Source of the DNA: Trichoplax sp. H2
Taxonomy: Eukaryota
Assembly (NCBI GenBank): GCA_003344405.1
Contig: NOWV01000020.1
Coordinates: 620,001 to 684,000, forward strand
Direction of reading: 5' to 3'
Length of the DNA: 64,000 bases
Shown here: positions 37,826-48,840 of the stretch, piece by piece
Position numbering within the stretch: position 1 is the first letter of the stretch
How the letters are laid out: each line of letters opens with the position of its first letter
The notes under the pieces: generated by a model
What the model saw: only the letters and a program-made list of their open reading frames with translations
Told to the model about the DNA's origin: nothing
The model's database searches: none
Made by a program: the position numbers and the translations under genes

Positions 37826-40800
37826 ATGGTGCTGCCGCGTGTAATCGAGGAGAAATCGCACATTGAAAAGTTATTTCGCCAACGCGCTCAAAATGATACC
37901 AATTCAACGACTTTAGCCAATACCTTGGAAAAAGATATACAGACTGTATTTAATAGTCCGGAAAAATTTGTAATGGAATTATTGCAAAATGCAGACGATG
38001 CCAGTTGTGGTGATACATCGGTGGATGTACGTTTTCGATTTTATAACGGTTATTTAGCATTTTCCCATAATGGTAAACATTTTGATGAAGAAGATGTCGA
38101 AGCAATTTGTGATAATGCCCAACAAAACTTGCATTCAAAAAGGCTTAATATCAATAAGACCGGATATAAAGGGATTGGCTTTAAATCGGTATTTATTATT
38201 GCCGATTGTACTTATATTATTTCTAGGAATTATTGCTTTCGATTTGATCGTGATTATACTAATTGGAAAGAAAGTGATAGTGATGAAAATCGAGCTGGCC
38301 GTTATCCTTGGCAAATTATTCCAATTTGGACAGAACCATGTGATGTACCCAAGATATTGCAATTGAATCCAGCTGATGTCAATTTTTTATTTCGATTACG
38401 CAGTAATAATGATGTTATTGTATCTGCGCTAAATATTTTGAGTAATACACCACGAACTATGCTATTTTTACGCCATATCCAAAATATCGTCATTGATAAT
38501 CATGGTAGTATTACATGTATTAACCGACGCAATGAGCTTACCTCGCAGCAACGTTATGACTTATACCTAAATAATGTATTGAAGAGCTCTTGGCATGTTA
38601 TGGCCTATAGTGTCAATATTCCAAAGACAGTCTTAGCTCAGTTACAGGCAATGGGACCGCAAGAATGCCCCGAAAAGCTTAAAAAAGCTAAAAATATAGA
38701 GATTAAATTTGCAATTAATATCGATCCTGTAGAAAATACCAAGTTAAACGCTCTCGATAAGAATGCCAACTTATTCTGCTACCTACCGACATTGGTCAAT
38801 TGTGGTTTACCCTTTCTAGTGAATACAGATTTTTTGTTAACAGCCGATCGAATGCAATTATTATCCAATGCATGGAATAATTTCTTATTCGAAAGTATTG
38901 GTAAGCTACATATTACTTCATTAGCTGAAATGGTTCAGTTTCCTGGTTTTCGGGATGATATATTAGCGTTATTCACTCGACGATTGCAATCATACACTCA
39001 ACAACAATTTATCAATGCTTACGATAAAGGACTTTTAAGCGAAATGCGAAATGTCGCATTTGTACCATCCAATACTGATGATTCAAGATTGCTAAAATAC
39101 AACGATGCTATTGCTGATAGTACGGGATTTTTCAAGATTTTTCCTGGTATCGATCCACCAGTTGAACATCGGTTAATAAATTATAACTTGAGTAACGTTA
39201 ACAAATTGCAACATCAATTTACTCTCTACGAGTTATCAACCATAATTGAAAAGTATGCCGCGAAAAGTACCAGTCTACAATTTCATCGCAAGCTGTTAAC
39301 TTTCCTAATGCAACAATTTGTTGGACCAGATAACCTTGCACGTGCTAGCCTTGGAAATATACAACATTGTCTAAGTGGAAAGCGAATTTTATTAGCTGCC
39401 AATTTTAAGTTAATTTCTAGCGATATTGCATACTTTCCTACTAAGAATCATCTTCAAATTTACCCTAAATTTCTCAATATTGAAGCTATCCATCCAAAGT
39501 TATTGCATGTGCGTGGATTAAGGACATGGTTAAGGATGGTTGGTGTTAAAGAGTTGAACGATGTTAACTTAATTTTGGAAATAGAAAATATCGTCAGAAA
39601 TAATATGGAAAAATTTAAAATAGAATTATCTATGGAGATAGTAACATTATTGTGTAACATTGATACTTCATTAATTTCCGGCGATTCAATATTAAATTGC
39701 TTACCGTTATTAACCAAGGATGGTAGTATGATCTCTGCAAAGTATTGCTTTTTGCCGTCTCTACTCTACCCTGATGTAGATATCGAGGAGATAATACAGA
39801 CCGATGTCGGGTTTGTTTCTGAAAGGTATTGCTTATTAAATACAACTGAAAAATTAAGAAAAACATTGCTAGATTTAGGAGTGCAACAAAATCTTCAATT
39901 ATGCTTACAATCACCTGTAAACTTGGTGGATAAAAATAGGATTGACTGTTTCAAGGATTATTATGAACATCTTGTTCAAAATGATCAAGCTGATGTCTTG
40001 ATTGTTAGTCAAGTAAATTTAGCTTATATGCCATTAATGCGTTGCTTATCCCATGAAGATTACGCTGAACATTTTTTTCGCCAGTTAATGGAGCAGGAGA
40101 ATGCTGTCATTGAAAATTTAAAAGATTTTAAAGTTAAAGTCCGATCCAGTAGACAACGCAATGATTGCCCTATACCATCCTATCTAGCTTTCATGTTATC
40201 CTTTACCCAGTGTATCCAAGCCAATGATGGTAAATTGTATAAAATGTCGGAGTTGTCCACACTAACATTACGAAAACGATTAGGTAAACACTTAGCTGGA
40301 TTATTACCACAAATGAAATGTGACCTTGGGCAATCAGTGATTAAATTGTCTGATGACCTTATGCTTTTACTTGGTGCTCGCGATATTTTAGCTATTGAAA
40401 ATGCCGTAAAATTACTACAAGTTGCAGCTATGGATAGCTCACCGAAGCAACAAAAGTACTTTAAGAGAATTTATTTGGCAATGATTAAGTCATCATATAC
40501 TGCTGATGAGCAGAAATATCTTCGACATCAAAATATATTACTCTTAGCTTCGGATAATTCATTGCAAGATTTTAAATCTTTATACTTTATTTGTGGCGAC
40601 GATTTTGACATTAGCCATAATAAGAAATTAATAAAATCAATGCCAGGTCTAACGAGTGATGCTATGCTCGTAATTTGTCGGTATTTTAAAATTCGTGAAA
40701 TAAAACTCGATGACTTGCAAATTAAATATAGAAAGGCAAAAGTCAACACAAATTTAAAAAGGGATATTGTTAATCTTTTTAAATTAACTGCCAGTATTGA

Positions 40801-42181
40801 AGAAGATGTCGAATCTGATAAGGTAGCTATGAACTCAAAATGGATTGACAAATTGACTAAAATTGATTTTGTAGCGGTTGAAGAATTGGTATTGGTTTAC
40901 TCATCGACATCTAAAATTTGCTTTGAGGCAAGAGCATTTCTTCATAATGGAAGACTCTCATACGAACGCAGTTGTCCTCGTTATATGCGACGCATTTTAG
41001 ATATTTTGGTCAATCATTTCGATTTATCAGTAGAAGCTACAAGTTTATTGTTTGAACTGGCATCTATGACTACTCAAGCTGATCGTTTAGATTGGTTGGA
41101 AGATAATGGTTATGACATTCGTAAGCTAAATTATATTGAAAAAGATGAATGTCGTAGCTCAAGTAGAAGGAAAAAGTCGAACTCCTTGCAATCCAAAGAA
41201 GGTTTTGATGGTAATAGTAATTCTCCTAGCATTCAGGGACTAAATAGGACTCCAGCAATGGATACAGGTTGTGCAGTAGCTGCCATGATTACAAAACGAA
41301 GAAATCGTATGCAGTCGGATGTATCAAATGGAATGATCCGTCCCAAAGAATTTGTCATAAAATTAAGAAATGACCAGGCTTTGTTTGCTAATTCTTCTAA
41401 TGGTAATACTGATGCTTTGACAAATATGAATGATAGTGAATCACAAATATTCTCTTCTGACCATGATATTGGTAGTCCTAATGGTTTATCATCAGTACAA
41501 GGAACTGTAGCTTCTAAAGCTTCTGACCTAAGCCTCGATCGAGGAAACAATAAAATGAGTTTAAGTAAGAAATATTTTTCTTCAGTTCTTGAATTAATGA
41601 ATAGAAAGGCAAAACTTCCACGTAAACGTAAGCATGATGAATTGGATTTATCTACGGAAGGCCATTCTTTAGGTAATCATTGCTTTGTAAATGAAGAAGG
41701 TTATGAAATTAGGAATGAATCAGTTACTGAAGATCATGAAAGTGCTCAATGGGGAGTAGAATTCTTATTCTATTACTTACAAGTGCATTATCGGGGAAAG
41801 TATCCTACATGCAGTTATGAAGAGACTGACGAAGGGTTTTTATTGAAAGGTGTTGATGAATACAACAAAATGTTATCGCTAAAAGTAAATTGCCATGGTT
41901 TAAAATCGAATAGTAAGGATCGTCCGGTTGACATTGAAATTATAAAAAATAACAGCAAACGATTTATCAAAGTGAAATCTACTACCAAGGATGGAGATAT
42001 GATTATCAAAATCAGTAGAAATGAGTGGAAGTTTATGCGTGCATCGGGAAGTCGCTATCAGTTATTTTGTGTCTATGGTATACGCCAGCTAGATAAAGTT
42101 AGAATAGAGAAAATTGAAGACCCGGCTTCAAAGTTCTTTTCTAATGATTTAGTTCCGTTGGAGATATGCATTAAGGTGTAA
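37826..42181 (+). CDS. Sacsin/NO VEIN-type GHKL ATPase with C-terminal DUF3883 (NOV_C, PD-(D/E)xK-like) domain, ~1451 aa, intronless CDS
   Basis: GHKL motifs FVMELLQNADDA, SHNGKHFDEEDVEAIC and KTGYKGIGFKSVF; S5-like LFCYLPT..CGLPFLVNTDFLLTADR...WNNFL; C-terminal WG.EF.FYYL...PVDIEI...RFI.VKSTT...ISRNEW.FM...YQLFCV. First ATG is at 37826; the ORF-track start is a GTG inside the putative intron. Confidence 0.9.
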   Translation: MVLPRVIEEKSHIEKLFRQRAQNDTNSTTLANTLEKDIQTVFNSPEKFVMELLQNADDASCGDTSVDVRFRFYNGYLAFSHNGKHFDEEDVEAICDNAQQNLHSKRLNINKTGYKGIGFKSVFIIADCTYIISRNYCFRFDRDYTNWKESDSDENRAGRYPWQIIPIWTEPCDVPKILQLNPADVNFLFRLRSNNDVIVSALNILSNTPRTMLFLRHIQNIVIDNHGSITCINRRNELTSQQRYDLYLNNVLKSSWHVMAYSVNIPKTVLAQLQAMGPQECPEKLKKAKNIEIKFAINIDPVENTKLNALDKNANLFCYLPTLVNCGLPFLVNTDFLLTADRMQLLSNAWNNFLFESIGKLHITSLAEMVQFPGFRDDILALFTRRLQSYTQQQFINAYDKGLLSEMRNVAFVPSNTDDSRLLKYNDAIADSTGFFKIFPGIDPPVEHRLINYNLSNVNKLQHQFTLYELSTIIEKYAAKSTSLQFHRKLLTFLMQQFVGPDNLARASLGNIQHCLSGKRILLAANFKLISSDIAYFPTKNHLQIYPKFLNIEAIHPKLLHVRGLRTWLRMVGVKELNDVNLILEIENIVRNNMEKFKIELSMEIVTLLCNIDTSLISGDSILNCLPLLTKDGSMISAKYCFLPSLLYPDVDIEEIIQTDVGFVSERYCLLNTTEKLRKTLLDLGVQQNLQLCLQSPVNLVDKNRIDCFKDYYEHLVQNDQADVLIVSQVNLAYMPLMRCLSHEDYAEHFFRQLMEQENAVIENLKDFKVKVRSSRQRNDCPIPSYLAFMLSFTQCIQANDGKLYKMSELSTLTLRKRLGKHLAGLLPQMKCDLGQSVIKLSDDLMLLLGARDILAIENAVKLLQVAAMDSSPKQQKYFKRIYLAMIKSSYTADEQKYLRHQNILLLASDNSLQDFKSLYFICGDDFDISHNKKLIKSMPGLTSDAMLVICRYFKIREIKLDDLQIKYRKAKVNTNLKRDIVNLFKLTASIEEDVESDKVAMNSKWIDKLTKIDFVAVEELVLVYSSTSKICFEARAFLHNGRLSYERSCPRYMRRILDILVNHFDLSVEATSLLFELASMTTQADRLDWLEDNGYDIRKLNYIEKDECRSSSRRKKSNSLQSKEGFDGNSNSPSIQGLNRTPAMDTGCAVAAMITKRRNRMQSDVSNGMIRPKEFVIKLRNDQALFANSSNGNTDALTNMNDSESQIFSSDHDIGSPNGLSSVQGTVASKASDLSLDRGNNKMSLSKKYFSSVLELMNRKAKLPRKRKHDELDLSTEGHSLGNHCFVNEEGYEIRNESVTEDHESAQWGVEFLFYYLQVHYRGKYPTCSYEETDEGFLLKGVDEYNKMLSLKVNCHGLKSNSKDRPVDIEIIKNNSKRFIKVKSTTKDGDMIIKISRNEWKFMRASGSRYQLFCVYGIRQLDKVRIEKIEDPASKFFSNDLVPLEICIKV

Positions 42182-43399
42182 TGATGATTGCGTTATTAGA
42201 AAAATGGAGATGCTTTACGAAAGGGGTGTGCTGAATACAAGTATAGAATATGTCGTGTAACACATTATAGTAAAAGTATTTGTAAGCATTTACGGAAACA
42301 ACGCAATGATACCCGCTTTTGTGTTGGATGAGAGATTAAATGAGAATAGTTCATCGTAAGATTTTGTTCTATAAAAGTATATCTTCTTATGCACTATGAA
42401 CTTTTTTATGGGATTTGGCGTCGAGATGCAATCTTTGCCTGGGTAATATTTATTGTAGCTATTAATTTTTGATTTTGTAAGCATTAATATCGAAAGGTTT
42501 ACCCTGTTGCAAAGTGCTAAAGTTCTTATATATTGATTTTAAGATTTAGAATCGTATCGAATCAGCCTTTCAGGCGTTGCGTAGTTGGTAGTTCACGTTG
42601 TAAATATCGTTTTTACTGAAGCATGTTATAGTAAGAATTATTGATAGTATGAGAATTAAGTTAAAGGTGAGAATAGCGCAACTAGAAATAATCCTGTGTT
42701 GCCTAATTGGTAGTGCAGTAATTCTAATTATTAGCAGGTTGTGCGATTTTATGCAGTTACATTTTTTTTGCAATGATAAATTGAAATGAAGTAGTTACAA
42801 CATTACAAAATAATTGTTTTGATCACGGTCTCTGTTGTAAATGGTAACATATGCACGTTTATCGACGCATTGTAAAAAGTAGTATTTTACGAGGTAGTAA
42901 GAAGTTTTAGTGTATGTATGGCGTTTATAGCCGTAGTAAATTATAATTATCAGAAGAATAAGAAATTGTAAGCTTTCAAATACGTAAAAGAGCCGGTTTA
43001 TGTATAAAGTTTTCATATCAAGCTTAAAGGACTTTCAGAACAACAGAATTTGTAATAGCAACCCAACATTTTATGACAATAATTATGTTTTGAGTACTGG
43101 TATAAACAAATGAATAAAATGTATAAAATTTCAATATAGTACAGAATTATAACTCGAAGTGTATTTCCTGTAAGAAGCGATTCGAATCAGTAATTTAGAA
43201 GATTGCATTCACATGCCGTAAACATCGTAAATCCCTTATTGATACCTAGCCAAAATAAGTAGATGTACGTCTAAGTACAAGCCTGGTAACATTCTTTATC
43301 GTATATATAAGGTTTATAATAACGGTGGGCTGGCTATTACTAATTTTAATTAATAAAAAAATGTAAAGATTTTCAATAAATTTCTTTAATAAACTTCAA

Positions 43400-46241
43400 T
43401 TACAGGAACTTCTTTACTGACATAGACTCTAGTTGTTTTCGGAGTTTGGAAGATAAATGAAATCCTTTTGCTGAGGTAATCCTACGCTTTTTATATTTGT
43501 AAACGTTATTCCTTTTCATGCTAATTTTGCGATTTAAGATATTATTCGTAACCTAAAGCAGCATAGGAAATATGGTTACAATCTCCTGCCAAGGTTTTCA
43601 TTTAACATATTTTATGTATTACCAAATTTATTCGATCTGTAGCTAAATAGATTCGAAATTAATTAAGTTACCATCGATTCATTGAATTTAGTTGCTTTGT
43701 CGTTATCTTCTACTTTTGTAGTATGGTGACCGTTAATGTCAGGAATTGCAGATTTCGATTTAATATTGTCCAACTTAAGGCGTTTACCTGAAATTGCGGC
43801 ATTTTCTTAAAAACAAAGATATCAGAATATTTTGATACTCAAAAGTTGTAGTAAAGGATAAAAAGCAATGCTATAAATATACTAATAACTCATTAGATAA
43901 TAAAGACTGACCGAGAGATCTTGGCATTTTAGACATCTGTTGTTTATATTCTACAGGTGATTCTTCAAATCTTATATGTGTATTACTAGCTATCCGATCT
44001 ATCAATTATGAAATGATAGCAAGGACAAGCGCATAAGTAGATTAAGATACTTCATAATATTATTTTCAATATGCGCAAAACACCATCACACAAGTCTTAT
44101 TACCACTACTGGTACCAGGTTTATTACGTAATATTAGGTTATCAAAGCGAAAAACGAACGGGATACTAGGAGGTATCCAAGAATTCATTCTTGCTTCAAC
44201 ACATTCCTACATTTATATTGCATAAATGCTCAGTTTATATATTTTTAAAAAAGATAATGTCTTTATTATAAGTTATTATTATGACTTACATGGCCATAGT
44301 GTCCCTTTTTACCACAATTGTAGCAATAGACTCTAGGGTTTTGGGCGTTCAGAAGTTCGTCAGGCGGCTTTTTCGGAGGGCCAAATTTAGTCTATTCGTT
44401 GGATTATAAAGTGGCGATAGTCAATGTAGGCTTTGTGTTTAACAGTTTCAGTGCAAATACGAGCATTTCTTAATATTTACTGGCTAAATATACTTACAGT
44501 AGCATAATATTGCCTCCATCTGTCGGGACACTCCTTAAAATACCGTGATAAGACGGTTAAATGTATGTATCCATACACAGTCAAAAATTATTCCTTTCTA
44601 AAGCTCATATGCCTGCTAGCGCATTCTAGTATATAAGCTGTGAAGACTGGCCTCTTTAGATGATAAATAAATCTATCGTTTACCTTCTCTACATGGCCCC
44701 TCATGAAACAACGTCGACAGGTTTTTCTTTTATCTTTCGCTAATCCATTAGGACATTCCTAGAAAGCAAGTATTACTTGGGACGACAAGTGAATGAGAAA
44801 TCGATATGAGCAGAGTAGTACCTTGCCTCGGTGGCCTTGTTGATCGCACTTGTAACAAAATTGATTAGGACATGAATTCAATTTATGTCCAATTTCACCA
44901 CATATTCTGCACGTCATTTTCTATAAATCGATACAATACAACCGTTCTCAATTGATCGACCTATCTTTGCTAGTTCATTCAGGTTAGACATACCTTTTTC
45001 ATGGGACATTGGTATGAAAGATGTCCAAGTTCCAGACAAATATGACACTTTCTGTTGATTACGTGGTTAGTATTATTGAAGTAACGAAACTTCTTGCCTA
45101 TCGTTCCCTATTATTTGTAGAAATATTGGTAGAGTTGAATTAAAAATATTGTTGGAAGAATACCGAAAATTCATGATTACTGTATGTATATTTTAAGTTG
45201 ATGCAATTGAAGGATGCAGATTAATTACAAAGTTACCATTACTTTAGAAATTGGAAGGACCACGTCTGTTCATACAGCCATACCATTAGATCAAAATGGA
45301 AAAAAGAGCATTATTATAATAGGATATAATCAAGAGGTCGATATGCTAATGCTAGTTGAACTTAATAGTAACAATGGCTGGCTGCATCAATTAATTATGG
45401 TACAGTTGTAAGCCGATTTTGGATTGGTGTATAATCAATCCGATAATTACCGTTATCATCCGAATTAAAAGAGACTATATCGCCAGGCTCGTCTTGCAAA
45501 ACATTCGTCTTAATACAATCAGCTTGAGTTTCTGTTTTAAGAACTTGGTTGTCGCCTACAGTCAAAAAGGCATAGGAGATTTTAGGCTTTTCAAAGGTTA
45601 CGATTAGTGAACTGTATAGTGTACACTTAGCAGATTAGTGCAGACAATCGCAATATTAAAGGTAGGCCCTTTAAACGATGTACACGTATTAGAAAGTTCA
45701 GTTGGATAACTAGGTTGATGATACTTTCTTACTTTATAAAAGCAAAGACTGCTCTGTTACAATAAATAATGCTTCAGTTGCTTTTTTATTTACCTTCTAC
45801 ACTGTTGCCATTGTAAAGGCTAGAGAGATCAGAGGTGTAATGATATAATCCATAAATTTTATCCGCTGTATCACTATCTACATCGCTGTCCCTATTGAAG
45901 ATAAAACATATTCGTATTTATTTGATTCCATCTATGGCACTCCGAGATTAGAGGAATCCACACGAATCCCTTATAACAGCCAAGTTATAAACTACCCTAA
46001 ATTTGAATTATAACAAGTATATGAAATCTAAACTAGTCAACTATATCATGCCAATCAGAATAGAGTCGCATGTAGCATTGAAGGGCATTGGATAGACTGC
46101 ACATAAACACATTAAATGCACTTCAAATGAGTTTGCCGTATTCTCTTCCTCTAATATAACATCGTCAATGCATCCCACTTATTTATACAAGATAGAATAA
46201 TCCTTTTCTCACCAATTCAGGTCAGTTTCTTGTGCTATCAT
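43400..46241 (-). CDS. ZCCHC7: ZCCHC7 / Air1-Air2-like zinc-knuckle protein (TRAMP subunit); supported exons 46241-46213, 45891-45794, ~45110-44994, 44920-44822, 44758-44684, 44533-44498, 44391-44290, 44206-44104; middle and 3' exons uncertain
   Basis: Five CX2CX4HX4C knuckles (CHIC, CRIC, CYKC, CRRC, CYNC); RYF before knuckle 1; CPDRWRQY equivalent to the IWRxY motif; N-terminal [15 protein letters not shown] resembles the ZCCHC7 VDSEVEFQLYSQIHY segment. The 3' coordinate is approximate. Confidence 0.85.
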
Positions 46242-47999
46242 CTTGAAGAATTCTTTTTAAATTGGCTACCTCGAGTTTTCAACGAAGCTCAAGCTTAGTT
46301 GGTCATGGTTAGCCACTAAATCGCCTTGACGATGACTTTTGCTGTCAAATTTCTAGTTTCGCTATTTCTTACAGCAATCTTAACTCATCTTGTAATGGTT
46401 AATATGCCGCTAGCAGTGTTCATCTAGCTTTTACAAGCCAATTATAAGGAGAATGCTGCTCTTTCAGGCCTTAAACTGACTAATTCTGCCTTGCAGAAGG
46501 CTTTCCAGAGCTTGGAGAGGATTTTTGAATGAGCTCAGTCACGGTATTTTGCTATACTCTAGTGTAAGCGTAGATATACTGTATGGTGGACGAGTATACG
46601 CTACATGTGTCAGTATGTCTTACCGATCTCATTCTAAAGGTGACAATGCAGTAGACTAAGAGTCCCCACACGCTCGTATACTGTGCTTAGTAAAGTGTTA
46701 CGGACAGGTGTGCGGTTACTATAGTGACACTAGTATATTTGGAGCACGTTCGCGGTACAATATCGCCAGGATCAATGGAAGCAGTTTCTTACTATATTGA
46801 AAGTGGCATGATGAAATTGCCAGAGTGAAAAACCTATTACGTATAGTACTGATTGAGTGGTATAATTGAAGGCGAAGAAGGCCGTCCGTCACGTCCGAGC
46901 AAGGCGCATCTCGATAATAAATGGCGAATGGAAGGCGAAAGTAATTTCGAGCTTATGCGAATATTTGTGCAGGCTCAATGTTGCAAAATGGATTGCTCTC
47001 TATTCGCTTACAGCATTTATTCTAAATGAAGCATCTTCGTATTTGTAGATGGAATTTGAAAACTACTCCTATTATTACATGTCGTACCAAAGATGTGAAG
47101 AAATTGGCATAAGAATGCAGTAGTGCTCGTAGCTGGTGATTAATTTCCATAAATAAGCGAAACGATCGATCTAAATTGCTGGGATATCACTCAAACTTGA
47201 TTTTTGTAATAGTACAAGGCTTTCATTTGCCTCAGAATAATATTGAGTATCTAGAAATGACCAGTAATGCATGCTTAGTGTGGTGTATGGTTTTCTTTTA
47301 ACCCTAACCACAATCGACATTTACTTACTTTATTGACACATCCAGTTGTACACTGTATACTAGCTATCACAACTGTAATTAGCTGAAATAATTACAGTTT
47401 GATTCTACTGTACTGCAGTTCAAACTCTACTTCACTGTATGTCATGGTACAGTATAAAGGCAGAGACCATTGCAAGTGTTATTAGCTAATGCTATACAAC
47501 ACCGATACAGTAGGATGTCGCTATTGCCAAGTAGCTTATACTTGTATTTAGATCCTGTTAGTTCGACTACTAATGCTGTACCTCTTGCACTTTTAGCAAA
47601 CACGGCACTGTAAATAGCTGCAAGGCAAGCGATTAGTCTAAACAACGGTGCTACGAGTTATAGCATAATTTGTTCGCAAGCAGGTACGTAAAGTATCACG
47701 AGTTGCTTGTTCAACTAGTCATCAATTGCAGTATAATTATAACTCTGAGCTATCAGGTACTTGCTAGCCTGATAAACTTTATGCCTCAGAAATACTCTAT
47801 CCATATTAACGTTGTCCACGATCTTTACTATAAACACGACATTGCCTGGCGTCATTCTTGATACTGGATATTATTTTAGAAAGATTTTTTTATATTAAGA
47901 CTATAGCAACAAGCTTCATCTATCAATACATCAGAGTTAGGTGGATGCAAAGGTAATAATTTATATCTGTTGATAACAATTAATTGTAAAAATCGAGAA

Positions 48000-48840
48000 T
48001 TACGTATGTAGATTTAAATTGCAATTACTACGACATAAACTATTATATCTTGTGTTTTCTTAAACGCTTATAGCTATTTATCTTTAATGTATTATACCAA
48101 TAAAGTCGATTAAAATAACTTTTAGGATTATATTGCCATATTATGATAACAGTTGGAATATTCAACCGTGATTGTTTCATTCATTAATATCCTTCAAGCG
48201 TGAAGAATTACATGTTTATATATAGGTTTGTGACATGGAATACGCATAGTATATTATGCTCTATTAAACGCTTGTAGAATTTTCTTATTGATGTATTATA
48301 CCAATAAAGATGAATAAATAGCGTTAACAATTCTATTGGTATATCATGATAGTAGTTGGAAAATTCTATCAAAATTATTTCATCTTAGTAACCTTCAAGC
48401 ATGGAGAATTAGATGTGTACCATATACGTAAATAAATTGCTACAAGTGTGGCATGGACTCTAATATCGTATGATTTATTAAACACTTCCAGCTGTTTATC
48501 CTGGATGTATTATACCAATAAAGATGATTAAAATAACAAGGACGATCGGCATATCATGGCAGCAGTTGGAATTCAATCGCGATTGTTTCATCTTATCTAT
48601 ATAAATTAATTACTAACGGTCAACCCTGGAAAATTACACATGTATCTATAATAAATAAATTGCAACAAGTGCGGCATGGACTGTAGTACCTTATACTCTA
48701 TTCAAGGCTTGCAGCCTTCTATCCTCGATGTACAATATCGCTAAAGATGATTAAAATAACGTTGACCATTGCATTGGCATATTATGACACTAGTAGGAAT
48801 ATATTCAATCGCGATTGTTTCATCTTATTAACCTTCTAGC
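48000..48840. repeat. Degenerate ~205-220-bp tandem repeat, about 4 copies
   Basis: tgtattataccaataaag.tgattaaaataac...catatt/catga..agttggaa...gattgtttcatc anchored at ~48088, 48292, 48506 and 48729. Confidence 0.85.

Noticed and set aside
37950..42009. Antisense and alternative-frame ORFs within the GHKL-DUF3883 gene
   Set aside because: Shadow ORFs of a long real CDS; no independent features.
37826..42181. Simple bacterial contamination of the assembly
   Set aside because: No neighbouring bacterial genes, no gap at either flank, host-like composition and a probable spliceosomal UTR intron. Not formally excluded without reads.
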